From Takakia lepidozioides (taxonomy: Eukaryota > Plantae > Bryophyta): a stretch of 64,000 nucleotides of DNA. The stretch covers positions 72,230,001 to 72,294,000 of the forward strand of contig CM060732.1 in the NCBI GenBank assembly GCA_030704615.1, written 5' to 3'. Position numbers and translations under genes: made by a program. Positions 23,533 through 34,929 of the stretch are shown in pieces (position 1 is the stretch's first letter; each line of letters begins with the position of its first letter). Below the pieces are notes generated by a model that saw only the letters and a list, made by a program, of their open reading frames with translations, was not told the DNA's origin and ran no database searches.

Positions 23533-24227
23533 TTTTTGTTTGGAAGGTAGTAGCCATTTGGGTCGGTGAAGTGACACCAAAAATTATGCTTGCGTCGGCA
23601 AGAGTCTTCCTTTCTTCATGTGTGTTGAAAACCTCTTGAAGAGAATATATTAAATTTGTATTCATTATAAATAACAACAGAACTGGAGAGAAGTGAATCC
23701 ATGTCCACAATGATTGGCATGACGTTGATAACATAGTTCTAGAACGAACGTTAGTTCAGAATTATTGTCACGTCTATAATGACGTCATGTTCAGACGGTC
23801 AAGAGTTGATGCATGCCAGTATAATGCCAACCAAAGTTAGAGTAAATAAAAGTAGTCTCTTCCCCTTGTGGATGCTATATCATATTGATTATCGAAGAGA
23901 CTCCTCTTTATGCTAACTCTGGTTGGCGTCGTTTCTCTCTCTATTGAATTATCATTCAAGCTACTTTTAGCGCTCAGTTAGTTGTAGACCCAAGTGAATG
24001 CTTAGTTTTGCCTTAAGGATGGCTTGGCCCAACAAAGACCATGCGTATCATCCATCCACATGTACAATCCATCTATAATTATGGATAAAATACTTCTATG
24101 TTTGTATTCAGCTAACTCATTCCATGGATCTTTGGTCCTAGAAAAAAAATGGTATTGTGAGATTTTCCTAAGAAACCTTTGCGGTAACCGCCCAACACTG
24201 GTTATTTCTGACCTTCAAAAACTTGAA

Positions 24228-24435
24228 CTATTTTTTGTGAATTTCCAGCGACCAAAAGTACTTGGAATTCCACATCTCCCACACCGCAGGTCCAAAAGTC
24301 ATGAGTCCAAGCCGGTGCACCCCTCCTCCTCGAGGGCTTTCCAACGGTACCAAGCACCAACACCGGGGCCTCGTGGTTTGGGACATCTCACGTGACAAAA
24401 CAAAACAAAACAAACATCTTGCTTCATAGATTGAT
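24228..24435. repeat. Dispersed ~205-bp repeat, copy 2 (inverted relative to 2047-2253)
   Basis: Direct sequence comparison. Confidence 0.85.
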
Positions 24436-24439
24436 GAGC

Positions 24440-25440
24440 CCTTGCAGCGAGTGGCAGCAGAATACAATACTTTGATTGTGAAAATGGCCATTGATGCTGA
24501 GAACGAAGTGAAGGCCGTGGCAAATTTGGCCTTGTTGTGTGATGTCGAAACTTTGTTAGGGCTGCCTTGTATATTGTCTATATTGTTGCAGTCAATACAA
24601 TCACTCATGAAATTTGCACATGCCATGGATGTGTTTGTATGTGACTATGTGGCTGCTGTGAAGATTTGCCAATCTGATTTGTACAAGTTGTACTCAGATC
24701 CAGTTGCTGCATTCAGTCCAAAGGCATTTCCAGAGTTTACAGATGTGGTGCACAACACCAGTTGTCGTATCACTCAAGATTGGGTGTGTGACTTGAATAC
24801 AGGTTTGGAGACGCTACCTTATATTATCAATGGTCACTCCTACATGCAGGCTCACATGCATATAAGTGTAGGTTCTGACGTTCTGGATTGACCCAAACTG
24901 GAAGATGTGACTTTAACCGAGTGCTTGAATGTGTGCAAATCAAGATTCAGTGCAAGGTCACAGTTGACACTCTTATTGCAGACCAGAACTTTCTACTTCA
25001 TTTGACAGTTATGAAACAAGCTTTTTGTGTGCCTAAGTGTGCCAAGAATGATGGATGGAGAACTCAGCCCATTCTTGGGACTGTCTTGGATTTGCAGAGC
25101 AGCCTTTTCAGGCTTCCAAGGTGATATGGCAGTCATGTGAGGCTAACCCACTCACAATTCTTTGGCAACGGCTTTCTACCAATGCATTGCTTCAGTCACA
25201 TATATCTGAATATTTCAAACTGGCTGAAATAGTTTGCGTTATGGTGTTGGGGAGCACAGAGGATGAAATGACGTTGAGTAACTTGGCATTCATGAAGGAC
25301 AAACTCAGAAACAGGCTTGCAGGTCATCTGATCAAGCCTATGGTGAGACTACGGTTCGCTACATGTTCTCTCAGGATTTCGACAATGTACCTTTCCTTTT
25401 CAAGATGCGATCACTTCTTGGCGTGGGGACAAAATTTGAC
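24440..25440 (+). mobile_element. hAT (ZNF862/DUF4371-like) transposase C-terminal remnant
   Basis: DVFVCDYVAAVKICQ; hATC-like NPLTILWQRL..EYFKLAEIVCVMVLGSTEDE..MKDKLRNRL. Confidence 0.8.
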
Positions 25441-26349
25441 GTGACACCTTTGCATAGATTTGCAGGGTGCAAATGTTTGCTTGACAGTCTTGAACATTGG
25501 CCATGAACTATTGCATTTGGCTTGAGGTTCTAACAATTACATCTGACTATATGTAATTGTAATTGCATTTCTATTTCTTTGCAATGTATGACAGGCCACT
25601 ATTCCTTGATCTTAGCAAGTATGGTGCAAGTTTAATTGTGGGTTGTAGGAATCATGTGCTGCATTGGGCAGGGTTCTTTGGGGCTGAGGTTCAACTCCTC
25701 CGTAGGGTAAATGTCAATGTCAAAATTTGATCTACATTTGTGATCTGTATGTGTGCTTGGGGGCTAGTCTATATGCTTACCTTGGGGGGGGTGCCAAATA
25801 ACACTATTTGTTATATGTCATTAGCCAGAACTATACACCTCATTTGTACCAATTAGCCTGTGGGTTAATTCACATAGAAAGAGTTCCATTCGTCTATTAT
25901 GGCTTTCAACTATTTTTGTACTTCGCCTTCTATTGCTCATCAGCATCCATTTGATTCGAAGAATATGACAAGAGTGGAAATACATGTAGCCTACCAATTC
26001 GAGGAAAATTACCTAGAGTGGGCCACTTACACTACCCTACACCCCATAATATAACCACTCGTACCCCTTTTCAAAATCCTTAAAAAAAACCATGATTGCG
26101 TGGTGCTTATAATAACCCGGGGATTGATATAACAAACAATATATTGGGCATCGATTATGGCTTCTTGATTGATATAGCCAGTTATTATATTTGGGCAATT
26201 TTGATTATAATAGTTAAAGATGGATATATGTAACGGTGACATTGTCTTTGAGATGGTATTGATGGATGAAAAAGTATCAACCATCATGTATAGAACCATT
26301 TCATTGGATGCATATATGTGGGTATGACTATGTACATTCTAGATATACA

Positions 26350-27044
26350 TGTGTTATATATGAGGACGTTGTTGCGCATCTGCGAATCTTGGTCTCCCTC
26401 CAACTTGCAATGGCCTCATGATATGGGAATGACGTCTCAGCCTTGAAGAAATCTTGTGCAAACATGCAAACATAGTAATCAAGTGGCCAACCAAGCGATT
26501 CCGCAACTTGGACTTCATAAATGTCAAAGTGCTAAAAGTTTGTTCGTCTTCCACACTTCCCAGGAATGTCTGATCTACTGCAATCTCAGCAAGTCGCATG
26601 TACTCATTCAAGCGCTAAACAAAGAGGCCATTTGTTAAAAGTTGTTGCCAAAGCTTTGTTACAAGGTTCATGTTAAAGGGCTACCCACTTTTGAGCATTG
26701 GTTTTCATAATATTGACATCTGCAAATCAAGCAAGTTGTTGAGAGGCTCTTGGATTCAATAGTCAATTGATGTTGCCTTCTTTGGGGTACAGTAGACTTG
26801 TTTGAGGACTGTCATATGCCTAAGGAAGGCATCATCACAATCTACCTACAGCCAATACTGGGGGTAGACCACCCCAATAGCATTCATGACTTCACAATTA
26901 GGGAACCTCCTCTCAAGTTCAGAAACCAATAGATCAGCTGCAGCAGTACATTGGGCTTTTACTCGAGCTACATGGTTAGCAAATCTGTTCTGTTCACAAC
27001 AGAAGGCTGCCCAGTCATTGGTGAGGGAATTGCTATATCGTGAG
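26350..27044 (-). mobile_element. hAT transposase remnant, C-terminal half (split from 39546-40425 by the MULE insertion)
   Basis: KAQCTAAADLLVSELERRFP..GVVYPQYW; EYMRLAEIA..GSVEDEQTFSTLTFMKSKLRNRL. Confidence 0.8.
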
Positions 27045-27441
27045 CCTGGAGTCGTGAGCCTGTGAGCCCAGCCAGGCTCACGCCACGTCACACATTTATT
27101 TCCAAGATACTGGACGTATTTCCGCGGGAGGTTCCTATTTCCGTGGAAGGAATTCCCCTTTCCAGTCAATACACACCACCACTATATCATCCACCTTTGT
27201 CATCCTCATTTATCTTGTAGGTCTATCATGTAGCTTTATCATCCACCTTTATCATCTACCTTTACGATGTAGCTCTATCACGTAGCTTTCCTATCCATCC
27301 TGAAAGTGTATCTATTGTTGGATTGTTTGAGAGGAAGGATGGAGGTAGGCTAGTTCCCACGCAAATGCCCTGAAAAGTAATGTACGGCACTGCACACTAC
27401 TTTCAGGGCATCTGCGGTGCACGTTTTCTCTGCAGCTGCTC

Positions 27442-27476
<35 letters not shown>

Positions 27477-30400
27477 CGTTCCCACGCAGATGCCTTGAAA
27501 ATAGTGTACGGCACCACACACTGTTTTTAGGACATCTGCAGTGCGCGTGTTCTCTGCAGTTGCTATCCCCCACACATATTATTTTTATTTTTTTGCCTAT
27601 ACAGTACACCCGCTCAGAATACTCTCTCGAAAGGCCAAAAAGAAAAAAAAGAAAAAAAAACACCCAATAGATGAGGGGAGAGGCAAATGAAAGTGAAAGG
27701 GGAAGGGAACCCAGACGGGTCTCTTTTCATTGTCGGTTTGTTTGCAATATGCAACTTAAGTTGGCAGACTGCACAACATTGCAGCAGGGATGCCTCGGCG
27801 TGAGCCTGGTCACGTGAGCGCAACTGCGCTCACGCCACGTCACCTTGCGCAAATGCCACGTCACGGGGCTCACTCCACGTCATCACACGTGAAGGCCGCG
27901 TCACCACGCGCCCAGAAAGAAGTGGAGTGTATTCCCGCGGATTGGCACCCTTTACCGCGGACAAGCTGGACGACATAATAAAAGACATTGAATAAAGGAT
28001 GGATGAATGTACAGTTGGATGATAAACAGATGGATGAGTGTGAAAAATGAATGTAGATGGATGAATGAGGGATGGATAAGAGTAAAATGGATTAATGTAT
28101 AATGGATGTTGAGCAATGACAAAAAATCATGACAAGAAGATGCATGACCAAAACTTTTGACGAATGCACAACGTATATGAAATGAGTGTGGAAGGTTTGT
28201 GGGGTGGATTAAAGAGTACAGAGGATGAATGTACAATGGATGTTGAACAAAGGAAAAAATTCATGAATGGAGCACGCATGAATACACTGTAGATGAATGC
28301 ACAATGGATATGAGAAGAGTCAGGGAGGTTTGTGAGATGGATTCATACATATTGCAATTTAAATGAAAGTTGATTCTGTGATTATTATTTGTTCTAAAGG
28401 AACAACTACGGTGGAGGAAGGGGATTCAACGTTTTCCAGATAGTATGAAAATGAAGAATATAGTTCAATCTGACTCAGAGTCAGTACAATGTATCCCCGC
28501 TTCCTCTGCATCTAAGTCTAAGTATTTTAGAACACCGGATCCACGCTGGATACACCTACGGCTGGCCACTAAAAAGTCAGGGGATAGGGACTCGGCCGCG
28601 TGAAGTGCCATTGCTTCGGCATAAACAGGAAGCAGAAAATTGGAAAGGGGGCTGTCGAAAACAGACTCGCCAGAAATGACTGATCCACCGCTGCTTTTCC
28701 TGAAAGACAGCCTGAAAAAGTTATTACTGTAACTTTGATGTTATTGAGAAATTGAGTATGGCTCCCAAATAGGGTTTAGCACTTACTCACATGAAAAGTC
28801 GTTGTCGACCTGCTTATCTTGGGATCGTCATCATTTCGAATTTGAATCCGATCAGTCTGTGTGCCTGAAGTGGAGTCAGACAAAAGGGGGAGAAGCACTA
28901 TGTTGTAGAGGTCAGAATCACCCTCCATGCCAAAAAGGCTTCTTTCGCCTGCCTTGCATGCATGGTAAGTTGCTCCTGCACCAGACATGAGGACATGAAC
29001 AATTTGGTGGGGGGGATTTAAGCAGATGAAACTGTTGAAAGAAAACCAATTCGGAAGGGAAAGAACGAACCTGTGGACACAGAAAGATCGACCACCCGTG
29101 CAGAGCGGTGGCTGCATGACTCCAGCAGTATTTGCATGAACGCTGGGGACTTTTCCTTTGCACCTCTCCAGGGAGTGTCATCTGGTCTCTTCAGAGTCTG
29201 ACTGGACTGCATGAAGTTGTACAAAATGTCATCAACATGGGGCTCATAGGGGGGGTTGACGAAACAACCCTGGTCAGAAATCTCAAAGCTGCGGATGGAG
29301 GATGGTGTCTTTGAGGTGCGAATCCTCCGCAGGCAGATCGCCTCGAACATCCTCGTCTGCCAAAGATAGTAGGTTAGTGTGGTAAACACAATCTATAGCG
29401 GAAGTGTGTACATCGGCTATTCACTACTCAGACACAAAAAAATCATGAATCGGTAATGATCGGTGTCGATTATAACAGATTCTACTAGAGTGGAGCTGCA
29501 GAGAACATTGAAACTCATCATGAAAGCACAAGCAGAAGGGAGAAGGCATACCAGCTGACCAGGGAAACCCCCTTTCACAAGGTAGAGGCTGTTCACACAA
29601 TTCCATGTGCGCAAAACTTCAAACCTTGAAGACTTGAGGTATGATGCCAATGCCTGACGACTATCATTGTCACATGACTAAAAAAGCAGAAGTGTCCCTG
29701 CATCAGAGAGGAAGTTGTTACAGAACCCGAACACCCAACTCCAGTAGTTGTCCTCGAATTTGTTCCAGCCTGGCGTCTTGCCCTTTGGAAGAACTTCTGG
29801 CACAGCCTGGCCATCCGGGATGTCGAGAATGACAATGTCGGCCGCATAAGTTTTCTGCACACCGCACACGAAGGTGGGACCTGTGCTCACCTGCAACAGA
29901 CATGTTTTTTATAAGAACGATGGCAAGAATGTTTTCAAAGAACGAGGCTGAAATACTGCCAACGAAACTTTCAGAGAAAAAGGAAAGAAACTGGAATTCT
30001 CACCAGATTGAGGAATGAGATTATATTGTCCCAGGTAGGGATGGCACCCCAGTGTATCCTCTCTTTCGACTCTGCATCATCGACAGCCAACCCTCATTAA
30101 CAATTTTCATCTCTCCTGCCGAATCAAAACGGGAAGGGTGTGGCTTGGCTTCGAACACGCACTGAACAGTGCGGGTATATTCCAGCAGTAAAGTCCTGCC
30201 CACTCTCCATCTCCTTTTCTTTCTCCTTCCCCTTGTCCTTTTCCTTCTCTTTGGACTTGTCTTTGTCCTTTGGCTTTGCTGGTGAGATGGCTATGACATC
30301 AACAACCTTGTCTTTTGGTTTGCGGCCCGCCTTCTTTCCCTTCTGCGGCGTTCCCTGAGCATCAGGCTCCTTGGCAGCCAATGTTGCTATGTTTCGTTGG

Positions 30401-30756
30401 TACTCTTCGTCAGTCAAAGGCGCCAGCATCTCAGCGTTATTGTTCAAGTATTTCATATGTTGTTCTGAAAGGTCGTGTGCTCCGGTGGGCAGTCAAGGTA
30501 CCACCCACAATCTCTGAAGTGAGAAGGTCCAGTCCTTCAATATCCCTGCAGTATACATGGTTGGATCGTTTGCAGGGTCCGACCACATGTCAAGATAGTC
30601 TGGAATTCCGCTCAGGTGATTTCCTTCCATAAGCACATATTTCGTGTACCTGAAAAAGGAGATAAATCCCAACCCACAAAAGCGCTCAGTGAGTAAGATG
30701 CAAGTAGAACAAAATGAAAAAAACATAGATTGAAATGGCTCTGAGAACTGCTCCAA

Positions 30757-31515
30757 GGACCTTTCAGGACCACACGAATGCTCCAGATGTGAATGTCGTC
30801 AACGCCATTCAAAACATTCCATTCAATGATACTGTAAATACACCCTAATCCAGGTGAATGCAAACTATCGTTTTGAATGACACAACATAGAAGTGAATGT
30901 GTCAACGACATTCACTAATCAAGCCTAATTATTCCTCAAATGAAGCAAAATCACATGATGGAAATCATAAACTCGAGTAAGGAACCCTCCAGGAAAACTC
31001 AATGCACATTCATAACGAACATATCACTGAGGACCTCACAACAACACTGTATGTGAATGGCGTCAACGCCATTCAAAAAAATACCAACAAGGAACCAATT
31101 ACTTAGCTCCCAATCCATGTAAATTCGAATTGTCGCTGGAGAATAATACAGACACAGAAGTGAATGTCGTCAACGACATTCACTTTGGATTTCTCATAAC
31201 AGAGCTTATCAAGCCTCCAGATTCCTCGCAAGAGGCAAAAACAATGCAGAACAACTGAATGTCTGCATTGACATTCAGCAAAATGAAGTGAGGAACCCTC
31301 ACTGTAAACTCTATGGACATTACAAAAATTTACATAACTCTGAGGACCTTCAACAACTCCGGATGTGAATGTCGTCAACGCCATTCAAGGACATTATCAA
31401 TTCTAATCAGGGACACTATAATTACACCCTTAGATCCTAACCAGGTGAATTCATATACTCGCTTAAGAATGACTCAGACAAAGAAGTGAATGTCGTCAAC
31501 GACATTCAATCTGGA
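30757..31515. repeat. Intronic array of six 23-24-bp palindromes GTGAATGTCGT-CA-ACG(A/C)CATTCA(C) within ~270-310-bp degenerate units
   Basis: Copies start at 30789, 30893, 31053, 31160, 31365 and 31486. The copy at 31160 is a perfect 11-bp inverted repeat. Confidence 0.9.
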
Positions 31516-33674
31516 TCTATGATTGCAATCCTTATGAAGCCACATTTTTTCCCAAAAAAAGCAGTAGAGTTTCAAGTATGACATTGCACCTGTACACAAC
31601 TCGCATCATGGCCCACTCTCCTCCAACCTGACTGTCAAAGTCGTTGGACCGTAAAATGTTACCATCTTTGGAGAACTCCCGGAAAAAACAGTATCTCCAG
31701 GTGAGACCTCTCCACTTCCTTATGTATGCCTCCAATGACATTTGGGGAGGGGAAACAATCAAATGTTCAGGTCCTTCAAAGTCTGATCCAGCACAATGAC
31801 GGCGCGCTTTTCGAGCTGCAAATTGTATATTTGTCAGAATTGCAAATAAGATACTCATCACATACTTGAAGAGAAGAAAACGACATGTTTGAATACACAC
31901 CTGATTCCAAAATGTAGCCTTGTGGAGCCAGTTATCAAACACCAAATCACTGATTCCTTCCACCTTTGTGCCAGGCTGTATGGTGCTCTTTGGGAACTGA
32001 TTCAAGTCCTTTACTGTTTGATCTGAGTTCCATATCTCCAGCCACCTTATTTTTGTTTGTGGGTCGACCATCGATATGGCCAGCCGGTGCAATTTCTCCT
32101 GCTGCATCTCCGGATGCACATGCTTGTCATAGTATGTTTTGATCTGCTGAAGGAACTCAGGACCAAGTCCAGGATTACTATTCTAAGCTGCTTTCCGAAG
32201 GCAGACATCAATTTGGTTCTTCGCATTTCAAACTCCTTCTTTATTGCAGCTTCCACACCTTTTGATGTCCTTAGTTCCTCTGGTGTAGTGCGGTAATATT
32301 CGGATTTTCCCTTCTCAGCTGCCTCTGCCAGTTCTTGCTGCATTGATTCAAGTAGTGATTAGCTCCGAAGGGACTACAAACATGTATTCAAAAAGTAAAC
32401 AGAGTACAGACTCGGGCTTACCTGCATACATGTACTCCAGAAACGCCTCTCGTGTCAAAGAATACCAAGTGCCTGCAGCTCTTCCTGTTTCGCACTTCTT
32501 GATGATATTGGGTGGTAGTACTGTCCGAAAATCATCCAGCTTCATCAGACCAATCCTCTGAATTCGGAAAGTGTGTGAACCAAGCTTGTTGTCACATGCG
32601 ATTTATCTGTCGATCTGCAAAAACATTGGAAACATTGCATTCCTTAACACTGTTTTTTGAGGATTAATAAGACACTACAGAAGGAATAAAATCTCTTGGA
32701 TGACTTACTTGTTCACATCGTGCATAGCTGTAAGAAGCCTAGCGATGTCGTTTCCAGGATCCAAAACCATTGCCTCCACAGCAACATGCTTGTCTTTGTC
32801 TTTCGCATGGTGTTTCTGAATGTATCCCATCCATGCCAGCAATCTGTGGTTGCCGTCCCAGACGTAGAACATGTGGTTGCAGAATTGTTGGGTGTTCTTT
32901 CCCATCATGAGGCCCAACTCGAACTCCTCATTGGCATCTTTCTAGCACTCATCCCAGTTATCACTGATCTCTGGAGACACTAATGTGCTTTTCCCATTTA
33001 TATCCGTCAGTGACACATAAAAAAACTTGTGCACCAAGTCTATATCCATGCACAAAATCACTCTCCAATTTTGTTATGTCATGGGAAAGAGGTGGACGCA
33101 CAACATGCATTGATATCATCCGGCACAGAGGGATGTCCAGACGCCCTCCAGATACGAGCATGTCCCTTATAACCTCCTGAGAGTTTACCTTCTGGAATGA
33201 CATGAGTTCTTTCACCTTGTCAAGGTAGTGCACTTCAGATTCATCTGCTTCATCGTATTCTCTGAGCTTTTTCCGGACTCGTCCCCATCTCCAGATCCTT
33301 TCCCCTCTGATCCTGTAGGCTTCAACCTCATAGTTTTCTGCACGATGCCATTCAATTTTGACTGAGTAATTTGCAAATAGTGAACGGCGGTAACGACCAT
33401 CACTCTGTCTCAAAGAAACTCACTATGAATGGTGTGAAACAATTCAGCACAATCTACACAAGCAAAGCTGATCCTACCGTATTCAAAACAAAAGCGAGAG
33501 CGATAGCGAACGGCGTTAACGACAATCACAAAAGATAAGGACCTGTCGGATCGGTGTTGTGTTATGACATCTATGTGTAAGTGATTGGCGGCAATGACAT
33601 TCAGTATAGTTTAGGGCGGACAGTAAGTGCAGATTATTCAGATTGACTCCATTGTGATTACCGTCGCCAGCATG

Positions 33675-33916
33675 GGAAGAGGAAGGACTGCTTGAAAGGC
33701 AATCAGACAGACTATATGATCTGAACAACGATGATTGACGGTATGCCGACCCTCAGTCTCTCTTCAAACACATAAGTACATAAATCTCATGAGGAGAATC
33801 GAATGGCGTTAACGACGCTTGCAATTCAGTAGTTCCTGCTAAAGAAGGGAAGAGGAAGGACTCCTTGAAAGGCAATCAGACAGACTGTATGATCTGAACA
33901 ACAGTGAATGACGGTA
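33675..33916. repeat. ~70-bp direct repeat pair in the first intron region of the cargo gene
   Basis: GGGAAGAGGAAGGACT(G/C)CTTGAAAGGCAATCAGACAGACT at ~33675 and ~33847. Confidence 0.85.
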
Positions 33917-34929
33917 CCGATAGTCACCCAATCATTGTGCGGTAAACCCTTAGCAGAGGAGTAGAAAACAAATCACCTTTGTGATGGTCGTTAGCGACAA
34001 TCCCTGTCTGGGACATTCCACTCACTCTCTACGCATATCTTCAACAATCAAATGTAAGTTGGAGAAAACTTACTGGCACCTTCTTAGGTTTTGAAATTGG
34101 ATCCCCTTCTGCAGCTTTCCTCTTCCCTCTCACATCTGCTGGAATTTATATCTGCTCTAGGGTTTCTGGACCTTCTCCCGGTTCGGCGTTCCGCGTGCTT
34201 CCATCTCCTTCAGTGTCCCTGCGAATCATCTCTGCATCCACAGGCTGGCGCACTCTTATCGCCGACTGTGTCACAGCCGCTGCCTCAGTCTCCGTCTGCT
34301 CTTGTGAATCAGTCTCCGCATTCATCTACTGCGTTGGCCCTGTGTTCTCCAACAAACGACGCCTCGTCATTTGCTCTCTTGCTCTGCGTCTCTCTCTAAG
34401 GGAAGTAAAATAAAGAGACTTTCTTCTCTTTCGTATTGTAGAAGGAACCCTCTCCAGCTTGACTACCACTCTCTCTCTAAGCGCGAAAAGTAGAAAAACG
34501 CAGTGACTCCCGATTTCTTGCGGGATTGCCTGCGTTCTTGCTTGTCTCTAGAAGCATCGGATTCCCTCTCGCGTGACCGTTACACATAGTCCTTCCCTTA
34601 TTAGTGCACATGCCAGCAATTGGTGTACAACTGTTCGTATTCAGTTATGGATGTCTGACGTTTGTCGCCAAAAATAAACGGCGTGTTCTTTATTAGAACG
34701 GTTTCAATATTTAAAAATAACAGCGAATCCCAGAAATCTTGGCGCATAGTCTTACACAAATAAATGTAAATGAACGAGAGTTTGATGACAAATTTTGGAA
34801 TATCATACACGGTCATCCTTGTTAGCCAAACCCCACATTCGTTTCACATTTGAAACTTTCCAGGTGCGCATGATCATTGGTAGTATAAAGATACATTTAC
34901 TTAATCTGCAATCCCATCCTCAGATCCTG

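Larger units (their letters stand above)
28465..34370 (-). pseudogene. Multi-exon MULE cargo gene: ParB/Srx-like N-terminal domain plus C-terminal beta-class N6A/N4C DNA methyltransferase-like domain
   Basis: Exon 1 34370-34074 (KRK/KPKK basic patch). FYVWDGNHRLLAW (DGNHR at 32857-32843). ADIVILDIPDG (~29840-29811) and FLSDAGTLLLF. Spliced EKSPAFMQILLESCSHRSARVVDLSVSTG|ATYHACKAGERSLFGMEGD. GT-AG introns, several premature stops and frameshifts; the exon chain was only partly reconstructed by eye. Confidence 0.7.

Noticed and set aside
22712-23569. Host DNMT3/DRM gene or bacterial contamination
   Set aside because: Intronless, contiguous with gag-protease, non-permuted motifs, and embedded among spliced plant genes and plant TEs.
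29213-29260. NPPY (FVNPPYEP) as the catalytic motif IV of the cargo methyltransferase
   Set aside because: It matches the (D/N/S)PP(Y/F) pattern but lies in the variable region shortly before the EKSP/motif X-I block, whereas DIVILDIPD has the expected preceding beta strand and position. Probably coincidental; a structure model should confirm.
30789-31508. CRISPR array (interspaced palindromic repeats)
   Set aside because: Spacers are 80-180 bp, irregular and mutually homologous; the context is an intron in a eukaryotic TE with no cas genes. Kept as a palindrome array.
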